The notes beneath the pieces are model-generated. The model saw nothing but the letters and a program-made list of their open reading frames with translations. It was not told where the DNA came from and searched no databases. From Thiobacillus sp. (GTDB lineage Bacteria; Pseudomonadota; Gammaproteobacteria; Burkholderiales; Thiobacillaceae), in the NCBI GenBank assembly GCA_024709165.1, contig JANJXF010000027.1, positions 2,718-66,717 of the forward strand: 64,000 bases of DNA, in the 5' to 3' direction. This document shows positions 27,798 through 39,466 of this stretch, piece after piece. The position numbers and the translations under genes were made by a program. Position 1 is the first letter of the stretch; every line of letters begins with the position of its first letter.

Positions 27798-29102
27798 TCA
27801 GATCGTCAGAAGAACGACCAGGCCGCCGCCGTCACGCAGCCTGATTGCGAGCGACCAGCCGTGCCTGTCCGCGAGTTGCCTGGCGATGGCAAGACCGAGC
27901 CCGCTGCCGCCGGTCACGCTGTTACGTGACTTGTCCACCCGATAGAACGGCTCGAAAGCAGCCTCCAGTTCATCCGCAGGAATTCCGGGGCCGCGGTCGG
28001 AAACGCTGACCGTGAGGCGTTTGCCCGCTGCCACGCAAGCGACTTCGATCGGCCCACCACCCCCGTAGCGCACGGCATTTTCCAGCAGGTTGGCCAGGAT
28101 GCGGCGCAGCGCCGTCGGCGATACGCGGCGTACACAGGGCCGGCAGGCCTGCCAGTGGATGTCGCCACCGCTCCGGCGTGCGTCTTCCACCAGATCGGCG
28201 ATAAACGCACACAAATCGATGAGCTGGCTGGTGTCCTTCTCGATCCCACGGCTGAATTCGAGCGACTGGGCAACCAGATGGGCCATGTTGTCCACCGCAC
28301 GCCGCATGCTTGCGACGATTTCCGGATCGGCAGGAGGAGGCAGCATTTCCAGCGCCAGGCGCATGCGCGTGATCGGCGTGCGCAGATCGTGCGCGATGCC
28401 GGCCAGCAGAATTGTGCGGTTTGCCAGCAGCGCCTTGACCTGGCGGGCCATCTGGTTGAATGTTCGCGTCAAGGTGACGACCTCGTTGGGACCCGTTTCC
28501 GGCAGGGGTTCCGGGGATTTTCCCTGGCCGATGCGCTCGGCTGCCGCCGCGAGCTGCGAGAGCGGCTGGGTGAGTCGTCGCGCCATGAGCAGCGTGGTCA
28601 CGAGGGTCAGCGCGGTCCCCAGCAGAAGAATCAGGAAAATCGCCGGTGGTGCGTGGACTCCGATGCGCTGTTCGGCGAAGCCGGCGCGGAAGCGCTGATT
28701 CCCCGACATGAAATCGATCCAGTACCAGGACGAACCGTCGCGCGTTTCCACGCCCATGCGCACCGGCTGTCCGGTATGTTCGGCGAGCGCATGACCGAGC
28801 AGGCGCACGTAGGGTTGGTATACGCTGGATTCGGACGTGCTGTCTGGCGCGGGTGACAAGATCAGATCTTTCTGGGCACGCAATTCCTCCTGGTAGAGCG
28901 CCTGCTCGCCTTCCGGCAGGTTTGTCAAGGCGCGTGCCGACAGCAGCAGAAAATCGGTGAGATCGCTTGCCGAGCGTCGCGCAACGGGAATCATCATGTA
29001 GTAGGCGATGACCAGAATGGCGCACACCTGAAAAAGTGTCAGAGCGAGGCCAAGGGTGTACGCGGTGCGGCCGAACAGGCTGGTGGGGCGCAGGCGCATC
29101 AC
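27798..29102 (-). CDS. Sensor histidine kinase (EnvZ-like; HAMP-HisKA-HATPase)
   Basis: Two TMs; AHDLRTPITR, NLLENAVRYG, DRGPGI and GSGLGLAI motifs. Confidence 0.93.
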   Translation of the reverse strand: MMRLRPTSLFGRTAYTLGLALTLFQVCAILVIAYYMMIPVARRSASDLTDFLLLSARALTNLPEGEQALYQEELRAQKDLILSPAPDSTSESSVYQPYVRLLGHALAEHTGQPVRMGVETRDGSSWYWIDFMSGNQRFRAGFAEQRIGVHAPPAIFLILLLGTALTLVTTLLMARRLTQPLSQLAAAAERIGQGKSPEPLPETGPNEVVTLTRTFNQMARQVKALLANRTILLAGIAHDLRTPITRMRLALEMLPPPADPEIVASMRRAVDNMAHLVAQSLEFSRGIEKDTSQLIDLCAFIADLVEDARRSGGDIHWQACRPCVRRVSPTALRRILANLLENAVRYGGGGPIEVACVAAGKRLTVSVSDRGPGIPADELEAAFEPFYRVDKSRNSVTGGSGLGLAIARQLADRHGWSLAIRLRDGGGLVVLLTI

Positions 29103-29878
29103 CTGAATTTGCCTTGCGGCATGAACAGATACCCTTCGCCTCGCACCGTGCGGATGTATTGTGGTGCTGCCGGGTTGTCCTCGATCTTGCGCCGCAGCCG
29201 GGTGACCGCGACATCGATGCTGCGGTCGAATGCGGCGCAGTCGTAGCCCTTCAGCATATTCATCAGCGCGTCACGGGTGAGAAGCTTGTTCGCATGCTCG
29301 ATGAACAGACTCAGCAGTCTGAACTCGGCAGAGGTCAGGGGCACCTCGGTGCCGCCGCGCGCCAGTTGGTGCGCGTGCATGTCCAGGCAGAACGGGCCGA
29401 AGCGGTACTCATGCTCTGTCGCAGCCGTCGCTTCCCGGTCCCTGCCTCCCAATCTGCGGCGCAGGACTGCCCGGATGCGTGCCAGCAATTCCCGCGGATT
29501 GAAGGGTTTGGCGAGGTAATCATCGGCACCCACTTCCAACCCGATGATACGGTCGACATCGGTGCCGTGCGCGGACAGCATGACGACCGGCAAGTCGCCC
29601 CGGTTGCGCAACTCTCGCGCGATGGTCAACCCGTCCCTGTCCGGCAGCATGAGATCGAGCACGACGAGGTCGGGGGAGCGTTCCAGCAGCCATTTGTCCA
29701 GCGCCGCAGCATCGGACACGGCGTAGGCATCGAAGCCGTTGCTGCGCAGATAGCGGATGAGCAGATCACGCAGGTCCGCGTCGTCGTCGACGACCAGCAC
29801 GCTATATTGCCGCCCCGGTTCCTCATTACAAGCCGACTGGGCCGCCTGGACATCAAGCCCGTGGGCTGCCGTACTCAT
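29099..29878 (-). CDS. OmpR-family response regulator
   Basis: VVDDD, LDLMLP, KPF, DRSIDV..RLRRKIE and IRTVRGEGY motifs. Confidence 0.93.
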   Translation of the reverse strand: MSTAAHGLDVQAAQSACNEEPGRQYSVLVVDDDADLRDLLIRYLRSNGFDAYAVSDAAALDKWLLERSPDLVVLDLMLPDRDGLTIARELRNRGDLPVVMLSAHGTDVDRIIGLEVGADDYLAKPFNPRELLARIRAVLRRRLGGRDREATAATEHEYRFGPFCLDMHAHQLARGGTEVPLTSAEFRLLSLFIEHANKLLTRDALMNMLKGYDCAAFDRSIDVAVTRLRRKIEDNPAAPQYIRTVRGEGYLFMPQGKFR

Positions 29879-30192
29879 GTTTTCTCCCGTTCTGCGTGTG
29901 CCCTATGCGTGGCACGCGCCATCTTCGGCAAGCGTCTCCCATCCGGGTAGGCATAGGGCCACGCCGGGCGGCAGGCAGGGCATGCTGCATCTGCGGCGGT
30001 TCGATCACGAGGGGGCTGGGCGGGTCCGGCGGAGCGGAGGCGGTTCCCGCCGCGCAGCAGGCACGTTGCGGACCGGCAGACAGGCAGGAGATCTGTCGCT
30101 GCAAGCATGGCAATGCTCCATCCAGACAAATACAGCAATTACCCTAGCAAAAGTCGCAGGGGCTCGCAACCGCGTGCGGCACCGTGCCCGGC

Positions 30193-30957
30193 TCAGAATC
30201 GCAACGTGACGCCGAAGAGCAGCGTGGTGTCGGTTTCCGGGTCGGTGAGGCCGTGCTTGACTCCTGCGTCGATGTCGAAGTCGTCGCCAATGGTGTAGAC
30301 CATGCCAAGCGTCAGGAAACTGGTGTTCTCGTCAACCGAGCGGTCGGCCGAGGTGAATGTGCCGAGGTCCGCGACCAGCTTGAGACGATCCATGGGCAGG
30401 TAGGTCCCCGCGATCGAGGCGTGACGGATTCTGTCGCGTTCGTCATACACGTTGCGGTTGCCGAAATAGCCCAAGTGCAGATGCGCGCCCCACGGCCCGG
30501 TTTCATACGAGGCGACAAGGCTGCCTGCAAGGTTGGCTTTCCCCGCGCCAAGGCCTTTCGACTCATCACCGCTGGCAAGGGTAAATCCCGTTTTCAACGC
30601 TACGCTGAGTGGCCCATGTTCAAGAAAGCGCCACTTGAGATCGACGCCCACATCGGAGAGTCCGTCCGCGGCCGTCGTCATGCCGTTCCCGCCGATTTCG
30701 GAGCGAGCGTACGGGAGCGTGAACACGAGATCGAGGTCGTCGCGCAGACCATAGGCAAGAGCTGCAGCGAGATCGAGCGCATCGTGTTCGGCATCTTTCA
30801 CCTCGTCGTGCCCCGACTCGGCGGTCAGTTCGAGTTGCCAGTGTCCCCGCCCCTGGGTGCCGGTATCCTCGGTGATGAGCGGGTGCGCGGCAAGACCCGG
30901 TGCAGTGTAAAGGAGGGCCAATACGGCCAAGGCGCGCTCGGCGAGACGATGGCGCAC
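30193..30957 (-). CDS. Outer-membrane beta-barrel transporter-like protein
   Basis: Signal peptide then AHPLITEDTGTQG; DVGVDLKWRF; C-terminal GVTLRF; start uncertain (GTG 30957 or ATG 31044). Confidence 0.7.
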   Translation of the reverse strand: MRHRLAERALAVLALLYTAPGLAAHPLITEDTGTQGRGHWQLELTAESGHDEVKDAEHDALDLAAALAYGLRDDLDLVFTLPYARSEIGGNGMTTAADGLSDVGVDLKWRFLEHGPLSVALKTGFTLASGDESKGLGAGKANLAGSLVASYETGPWGAHLHLGYFGNRNVYDERDRIRHASIAGTYLPMDRLKLVADLGTFTSADRSVDENTSFLTLGMVYTIGDDFDIDAGVKHGLTDPETDTTLLFGVTLRF

Positions 30958-31410
30958 GCCGCTATGCCGCCCAATGCCTGTAGAACCCCCGTTTTCGCTT
31001 GGGCCGATGATCGTTCTCTTTCGCATGGATTCGTTGTTGCCCACTTTTCAGATAAAAATTCCGACGATCCTGCAGGTCGTTCGGTGAGCCTGCGTAAGCA
31101 CTGACGGATGTCATCACGCGACCTGATGGATCATCCTGAAAACCGCAGTTGATCGCTTCACACTTTTGCCAACACCTCATGAATGCTGGGTTTTTCGGCT
31201 TCGTCTGCCTTCACCTGCCGGGTGCCGGCGCGTCCAACTGCGGTTTCTAGGAACATTCAGCCTGAGTATGCACATTCTTGGCATCAGGGCTGTTTCCTCC
31301 TTGCTTCATTTGGTGACCGTTCTGTAACAACACACGGTCGGGCGCAGGGCTGGCGCGAACGAGTTCAGCCCCGACGCTCTGAAACGCGAGGCTTGAATTC
31401 GTTTGGAAAT

Positions 31411-31487
<77 letters not shown>

Positions 31488-31555
31488 AGGCAGATGGCTG
31501 GACCGGATGGCCGGTCCTCATTTGAAACTACCGGGAAACTGCTTGATCTTCGTGG

Positions 31556-32524
31556 TCAGAAACTTCGGTCGACCGCGAAAGCTGATAATTGTAGCAAAGC
31601 TGTCTTGTATTTTGAATCGGGCAGAAGAGAAATTGCTGCATTGGCGGTTTCGACTTCGCGCCGGGCCTGGTCGCGGGTGTATTGCAGCGCATCGGTGTCG
31701 CGGACCGCGGCGAGCACGTTCTGGAATTCAGTGAGCCCGCCGTGTTCGATGGCGTGGCGGATGCTAGCTGTCTGGTCTGCCGTCCCGTGTTTCATCGCGT
31801 AGAGGAGCGGCAGGGTGGGTTTGCCCTCGGCAAGGTCGTCGCCGATGTTCTTGCCGGTCTCGGCGGCTTCGCCGGAGTAGTCGAGTACGTCGTCGATCAG
31901 CTGGAACGCGGTGCCGAGGTGCATGCCGTAGCGCGCCAGCGCGTCCTTCTGCTGCTCGCTGCCGCCGCCGATCACGGCGCCGAGCCGGCCTGCAGCCTCG
32001 AACAGCCTGGCGGTCTTGTAGCGGATGACGCGCAGGTAGTTGTCTTCGTCGATGTCCGGGTCGTGGCAGTTGAGCAGTTGCAGCACCTCGCCTTCGGCGA
32101 TGGTGTTGGTGGCGTCCGACAGGATGCGCATCACTTCCATGTTGTCGACCGACACCATCATCTGGAACGCGCGCGAATAGAGGAAATCGCCCACGAGGAC
32201 GCTGGCGGCGTTGCCGAACAGGGCGTTGGCGGTCTCGTGGCCGCGACGCAGGTTGGATTCGTCGACGACGTCGTCGTGCAGCAGGGTGGCGGTGTGAATG
32301 AATTCGACCACGGCCGCGAGTTCGTGGTGCGCCGTGCCGCGATAGTCGAAGCAGCCTGCGGACAGCAGCACCAGGGCGGGGCGCAGCCGCTTGCCGCCGC
32401 TATTGACGATGTATTCGGAAACCTGACGGATGAGGACGACGTCGGAATACAGGCGTTCGCGGATGACCTGGTCGACGGCGTGCATGTCGTCGGCCAGAAA
32501 GGATTGCAGGGTCTCCAGGGACAC
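31556..32524 (-). CDS. ispB: Octaprenyl diphosphate synthase
   Basis: GGKRLRP, HDDVVD and FQLIDDVLD motifs; divergent from rplU. Confidence 0.95.
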   Translation of the reverse strand: MSLETLQSFLADDMHAVDQVIRERLYSDVVLIRQVSEYIVNSGGKRLRPALVLLSAGCFDYRGTAHHELAAVVEFIHTATLLHDDVVDESNLRRGHETANALFGNAASVLVGDFLYSRAFQMMVSVDNMEVMRILSDATNTIAEGEVLQLLNCHDPDIDEDNYLRVIRYKTARLFEAAGRLGAVIGGGSEQQKDALARYGMHLGTAFQLIDDVLDYSGEAAETGKNIGDDLAEGKPTLPLLYAMKHGTADQTASIRHAIEHGGLTEFQNVLAAVRDTDALQYTRDQARREVETANAAISLLPDSKYKTALLQLSAFAVDRSF

Positions 32525-32747
32525 GATAAGGGGCTTGTCAGAGGCTCGTCATGAAAAACTTGTCAATGGTAGCAGCCAATGCGCCATTTTTCACGGCGGC
32601 GAGGCAGATATGTATGTTTGCGGCCATGCATGAGACAGCCGATGTGTCGCGCGTCGCCACGCGCTGTTGTCGCGCGCTGTTTGACTTGGGATGTGTTCGC
32701 CGTTAAAATACCGCGTTTTCCAGGGTTCATACTGGTTGGAGACCCCC

Positions 32748-33059
32748 ATGTATGCAGTGATCAAAACCGGCGGCAAGCAATACCGCGTGAGCGCCGGCGA
32801 CAAACTGAAGATTGAAAAGCTCGATGCGGAGGTTGGCAGCGAAGTCACCTTCGACCAGGTGCTGATGGTTGGCGACGGCGCCGACATCAAGATGGGCGCG
32901 CCCCTGCTGCGCGGCGCCACGGTCAAGGCCACGGTGCTGAACCAGGCGCGCGGCGACAAGATTCACATTTTCAAGATGCGCCGCCGCAAGCATTATCGCA
33001 AGAGCCAGGGCCATCGCCAGTATTTCACCGAAGTGCAGATCGCCGGCATTTCCGCATAA
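32748..33059 (+). CDS. rplU: 50S ribosomal protein L21
   Basis: [12 protein letters not shown]...GHRQYFT. Confidence 0.98.
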   Translation: MYAVIKTGGKQYRVSAGDKLKIEKLDAEVGSEVTFDQVLMVGDGADIKMGAPLLRGATVKATVLNQARGDKIHIFKMRRRKHYRKSQGHRQYFTEVQIAGISA

Positions 33060-33071
33060 GGAGCACACACC

Positions 33072-33335
33072 ATGGCACACAAGAAAGCAGGCGGCAGCTC
33101 GCGCAACGGCCGCGACTCACAAGCGAAGCGCCTTGGCGTGAAGCGTTACGGCGGCCAGCTGGTCGCGGCGGGCAACATCATCGTGCGTCAGCGCGGCACC
33201 CAGTTCCATCCTGGCGATAACGTCGGTATCGGCAAGGATCACACCTTGTTCGCCCTGACCGACGGTACCGTCAGGTTCGAGGTCAAGGGCGCGGCCCGCC
33301 GCAAGACGGTCTGCATCGAGCCGGTCGCGGCCTGA
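33072..33335 (+). CDS. rpmA: 50S ribosomal protein L27
   Basis: [16 protein letters not shown]. Confidence 0.98.
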   Translation: MAHKKAGGSSRNGRDSQAKRLGVKRYGGQLVAAGNIIVRQRGTQFHPGDNVGIGKDHTLFALTDGTVRFEVKGAARRKTVCIEPVAA

Positions 33336-33351
33336 GTCGCCCCGCTCACGC

Positions 33352-33382
33352 AAAAAGCCCCGTCCATCGGATGGGGCTTTTT
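33352..33382 (+). terminator. Intrinsic terminator after rpmA
   Basis: AAAAAGCCCCGTCC-ATC-GGATGGGGCTTTTT. Confidence 0.8.
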
Positions 33383-33388
33383 CGTTGA

Positions 33389-35281
<1,893 letters not shown>

Positions 35282-35282
<1 letters not shown>

Positions 35283-36073
35283 CAGAAACCGTGCTCGGCC
35301 GCCGGGAAGCTGCCGTCCTTCACTGCGGCGATATAGGCACGCGCGGCCGCCTCGATGCCGTCGGCACCGGCAAGAAAATTCTTCGAAAATTTCGGTGCGC
35401 GCGGTACCAGGCCCAGCATGTCGTACAGCACCAGCACCTGGCCGGAACACCCGGCCCCCGCCCCGATGCCGATGGTGGGAATCGCCAGCGTATCGGTGAC
35501 GGTTTTCGCCAGCGCGGCAGGCACCATTTCCAGCACGAGCAGACCCGCGCCGGCTGTTTCCAGCGCACGCGCGTCGGCGAGGAGCTGCGCCGCGTCGTCG
35601 TCGTCGCGGCCCTGTACGCGATAGCCGCCGAGCTGGTTGACCGATTGCGGCAACAGCCCCAGATGCGCGCACACGGGGATGCCGCGCTGCGTGAGGAAGG
35701 CGACCGTGTCGACCATCACCGCGCCGCCTTCGAGCTTGACCATGTGCGCACCCGCCGCCATCAGTTTGGCGGCCGCGATGAACGCGTGCTCGGGCGAGGG
35801 CTGGTAGCTGCCGAACGGCAGGTCGGCGACGATGAAGGCGCGCTTGCTGCCCGCTGCGACACAGCGCGTGTGATAGACCATCTCGGCAAGTTTCACCGGC
35901 AGCGTCGAAGCATGGCCCTGCACCACCATGCCGAGCGAGTCGCCGACCAGCAGCACATCGACGCCGGCAGCGTCGAGTGCACGCGCGAAACTGGCGTCGT
36001 AACAGGTGAGCACGGCGATTTTCTCGCCTTGCGCGCGCTGTGTACGGAGGATCGGTAGGGTTATGCGTGTCAT
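35282..36073 (-). CDS. panB: 3-methyl-2-oxobutanoate hydroxymethyltransferase
   Basis: LTCYD, LVGDSLG, VKLEGG and GIGAG..SGQVLV motifs. Confidence 0.95.
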
Positions 36074-36080
36074 TCCCGAA

Positions 36081-36722
36081 TCATACGGCCCGACTGAAGA
36101 ATTCGCGTGGCCCGCGCATCTTGCCGATGCGCTCGACCAGAAGGGCGAAGTCGGTTTCATTGTGCGCGAAGTCGAGATTTGTCGTGTTGACGATCAGCAG
36201 CGGTGCCGCTTCGTAGCGGTGGAAAAAGGCGCTGTAGCTGCCGGCCAGCCGTTGCAGGTAATCCGCATCCATGTTGCGCTCGTACTCGATTCCGCGGCGG
36301 CGTATGCGTTCCTGCAGGGCATCTGGGGGCGCCTGCAGGTAGATCACCAGGTCCGGTGCCGGAGCCTGCGGCGCGAGGTCGGCGTAAACTTTCTGATACA
36401 GATCGAATTCGTCCTCATCGAGGTTGAGCCGGGCGAACAGCATGTCCTTGTCGATGAGGAAATCCGATACCGTGCCGGAGCGAAACAGGTCGCCCTGCGC
36501 CAGCTCGCGCAGCTGGCGTGCGCGGTCGAACAGAAAATGCAGCTGCGTCGCCAGCGCATAGCGGCGCGGCTCCTGATAGAAGCGCGGCAGGAAGGGATTG
36601 TCGTCGGCGTTTTCCAGCAGTGTATCGGCGCCGAGATGCCCGGCCAATCTGCGGGTGAGGCTGGTCTTGCCCGCACCGATCGGACCTTCGACGACGATGT
36701 GGCGATACCGGGCGGGGTTCAT
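36081..36722 (-). CDS. Deoxynucleoside kinase family protein
   Basis: [16 protein letters not shown] and PDLVIYL motifs; folK-dgk-panB context. Confidence 0.9.
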   Translation of the reverse strand: MNPARYRHIVVEGPIGAGKTSLTRRLAGHLGADTLLENADDNPFLPRFYQEPRRYALATQLHFLFDRARQLRELAQGDLFRSGTVSDFLIDKDMLFARLNLDEDEFDLYQKVYADLAPQAPAPDLVIYLQAPPDALQERIRRRGIEYERNMDADYLQRLAGSYSAFFHRYEAAPLLIVNTTNLDFAHNETDFALLVERIGKMRGPREFFSRAV

Positions 36723-37225
36723 GCGTTGACTGCGGCGGCGTGCAAGCGAAGCGGCACCACGCTCTGTCCGGCGCAGCCCGCGAGCCAGTCGGCGGCGCGG
36801 CCGCGACCAGGAATCAGCGTGTTCGGCGCAATCTCCAGCAAGGGGTGCAAGACGAAGGCGCGCTCGTGCATGCGCGGATGCGGGAGCGCCAGACCTTCCT
36901 CGTGGAAGTGCGCCTCGCCATACAGCAGCAGGTCGAGGTCGAGAGTGCGCGGCGCGTTGCGGAAGCTGCGTTCGCGGCCGTGCCGGTGTTCGATCCCGAG
37001 CAGCGCAGCGAGCAGTGTGCGCGGTGCGAGTTCCGTCTCCACCTGTGCCACGGCATTGATGAAGTCGGGCTGATCGACATAGCCGACCGGGGCCGATGCA
37101 TAGAGATGGGAGCGCGCAATGAGGCGGGTCTCCGGCAGGCGGTCGAGCTCGGCCAGCGCGTATTCCACCTGTCCGGCGGGGTCGTTGAGGTTGGCGCCCA
37201 GCCCGATGGTCGCGATGGTTTTCAT
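36719..37225 (-). CDS. folK: 2-amino-4-hydroxy-6-hydroxymethyldihydropteridine diphosphokinase
   Basis: IGLGANL, PRTLDLDLL and PHPRMHERAFVL motifs. Confidence 0.96.
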   Translation of the reverse strand: MKTIATIGLGANLNDPAGQVEYALAELDRLPETRLIARSHLYASAPVGYVDQPDFINAVAQVETELAPRTLLAALLGIEHRHGRERSFRNAPRTLDLDLLLYGEAHFHEEGLALPHPRMHERAFVLHPLLEIAPNTLIPGRGRAADWLAGCAGQSVVPLRLHAAAVNA

Positions 37226-38580
37226 GCCGGCAGCGCTTCGGCGGTGCCTTCGCCCGGTTTCCTGCGCTTGCGGCGGCGGCGCGGCTTGGGCGAGCTATCG
37301 GTGACCAACATGCTCGCACGCTCGTCTTCGTCGGCGTCCTGGAAACGTGTCCACCATTCACCGAGTTCGGCTGGCACTTCGCCGGCTTCGGCGCGCAGCA
37401 GCATGAAGTCGTAGGCGGCGCGGAAACGCGGGTGCTCAAGCAGGCGGTATGGACGCTGGCCGCCACGCTGCTCGAAGCGCGGTTGCAAGGCCCAGATTTC
37501 CTTCATCATGCCGTCGTAGCGGCGCGGGATGGCGAGTTGCCCGCGTTGCGCGTCGAGAACCTCGTCCATCGCGGTGAACAGTGCCGGCTGCGGTTTTTCG
37601 CCAGTGGCCTCGAGTTCGTGCCAGCGCTTCTGCACCTGCGGCCACAACAACGCGCCGAACAGGAAGGCCGGCGAGGAGGGACGGTCGGACTGGATGCGCG
37701 CGTCGGTGTTCTTCAACGCCGCGGTGATGAAGCGCTCGCCCGACGGGTCGTCGAGAATGGTGTCCAGCAGCGGCAGCATGCCGTGATGCAGTCCCTCCGC
37801 ACGCAGCTGGTGTACGCCGCGCAGGGCGTGACCGGACAACAACAGTTTCAGTGCTTCGTCGAAAATGCGCGCGCGCGGAATGTTGGCGAGCAGCGGGGCG
37901 AGGCTGGCCACCGGCCGGCGCGTCGCTTCGTCGATGTGGAAGTCGAGCTTGGCGGCCAGGCGTGCGGCGCGCAGCATGCGCACCGGATCCTCGCGGTAGC
38001 GTGTCTCCGGGATGCCGATCATGCGCAGCGTACGTGCCTTGCAGTCGGCGACGCCACCAAAGTAGTCGTGCACTTCCTCGCGCGCCGGATCGTAGTAGAG
38101 CGCGTTGATGGTGAAATCGCGCCGCGCGGCGTCGTCTCCCATGCTGCCGAACACGTTGTCGGATAACAGGCGGCCATGCTCGTCGGTGGGGCGATCGTCC
38201 TCATCTTCGGTTTCCTTCTCGCCGTTGGCACGGAAGGTGGTGACCTCGATGGTGACGCGGCCGCACATTACATGAACGATCTGAAAACGGCGCCCGATGA
38301 TGCGCGAACGCCGGAACAGCTTGCGCACCTGTTCCGGCGTGGCGTCGGTGGCGACGTCGAAATCCTTGGGTGTCTTGCCCAGCAGCAGATCGCGCACCGC
38401 GCCGCCCACGACGTAGCCCTTGAAGCCGGCCTGCGCCAGGGTCTCGCAGGTTTTCAGTGCGCAATCGTCGAGTTGGTCGCGGCAGATGCCGTGTGCGGAT
38501 ACGGGCAGAATCTGCGCACCGGATTGGGTGGGGCGCGACTTCTTGCGGCCGAATACTTTATCGATGATGCGACGAATCAT
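37222..38580 (-). CDS. pcnB: Poly(A) polymerase I
   Basis: VGGAVRDLLLG..KDFD, IIGRRF, RRDFTINAL and RFRAAYDF motifs. Confidence 0.94.
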   Translation of the reverse strand: MIRRIIDKVFGRKKSRPTQSGAQILPVSAHGICRDQLDDCALKTCETLAQAGFKGYVVGGAVRDLLLGKTPKDFDVATDATPEQVRKLFRRSRIIGRRFQIVHVMCGRVTIEVTTFRANGEKETEDEDDRPTDEHGRLLSDNVFGSMGDDAARRDFTINALYYDPAREEVHDYFGGVADCKARTLRMIGIPETRYREDPVRMLRAARLAAKLDFHIDEATRRPVASLAPLLANIPRARIFDEALKLLLSGHALRGVHQLRAEGLHHGMLPLLDTILDDPSGERFITAALKNTDARIQSDRPSSPAFLFGALLWPQVQKRWHELEATGEKPQPALFTAMDEVLDAQRGQLAIPRRYDGMMKEIWALQPRFEQRGGQRPYRLLEHPRFRAAYDFMLLRAEAGEVPAELGEWWTRFQDADEDERASMLVTDSSPKPRRRRKRRKPGEGTAEALPA

Positions 38581-38693
38581 GAAGTGCGCGAAGGCAGGTG
38601 GCGGCAAGTGAGGCCGAAAGATCCAGTGTTCATGCGATGCTTGCGAAGATTTGGAGCGGTCAACTGCGATTTCTGGGATTATACAGGCTGGTT

Positions 38694-39410
38694 TCAGCGG
38701 CCTTGCCGCCACAGCGGTGCCGTGCCGGGGCCGTAAAGCGCCTCGAGCGAATCGGGGGTGAGCAGTTCGGCAGGCGTGCCCAGCTGCCAGCGCCCGTTGC
38801 CGTGGAGGAACAGCAGGCGATCGCACTGGCAGGCTGCCCAGTTGGGATCGTGCAGCGTCAGCACCACACTGCGCCCGGCATTGGCTTCGCTGCGCATCCA
38901 GGCCAGGAGGCGCGCCTGATGCGCGGGGTCAAGGTGGGTCAGCGGCTCGTCGAGCAGCGCGAGGCGTGTCTGTTGTACCGCCAGCTGCGCCAGCCGTGCG
39001 CGCTGGCGCTCCCCGCCCGACAGGGTGTCGAAGCGCCGGCCGGCGAGCGCGTCGAGCTCCCAAGTGGCCCAATGCGGCGCGAGGTCCGGCGCATCGTCAA
39101 AGGGGTAATGTCCCAGCGCGACAAAATCCGCCACGCTGCCGAAGAATCCGCCCTCGTCGCCCTGCGGCAGAAGGCCGATGCGCTGCGCGCGGACGAGCGG
39201 CGGCAGATCGGCAAGCGGTACGTCATCGAGTGTGACCTGTCCCCGAGCCGGCAGTGCAAGGCCCGCCAGCACGGCAAGCAACGTCGACTTGCCGGCGCCG
39301 TTGGCGCCAAGAATTCCGAGGATTTCGCCGGGTTCGAGCGAAAGATCGAGCGCATCGACCAGGGTGCGGTCGCCGGTCAGTAGGGAGATGTCGCGTGAAA
39401 CAAGGCGCAT
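38694..39410 (-). CDS. Iron-chelate/cobalamin ABC ATP-binding protein
   Basis: GANGAGKS, LSGGERQR, LDEPLTHLD and LHDPN motifs. Confidence 0.85.
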   Translation of the reverse strand: MRLVSRDISLLTGDRTLVDALDLSLEPGEILGILGANGAGKSTLLAVLAGLALPARGQVTLDDVPLADLPPLVRAQRIGLLPQGDEGGFFGSVADFVALGHYPFDDAPDLAPHWATWELDALAGRRFDTLSGGERQRARLAQLAVQQTRLALLDEPLTHLDPAHQARLLAWMRSEANAGRSVVLTLHDPNWAACQCDRLLFLHGNGRWQLGTPAELLTPDSLEALYGPGTAPLWRQGR

Positions 39411-39466
39411 GGCTTGGGTGGGATGGATCCGTGTGTCCCGATTTCCTTTGGAAGGCGCCCGGCGGG

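Noticed and set aside
29853-30190. Short Cys-containing ORFs between the response regulator and the barrel gene
   Set aside because: No RBS or family motif, and several competing frames; treated as intergenic.
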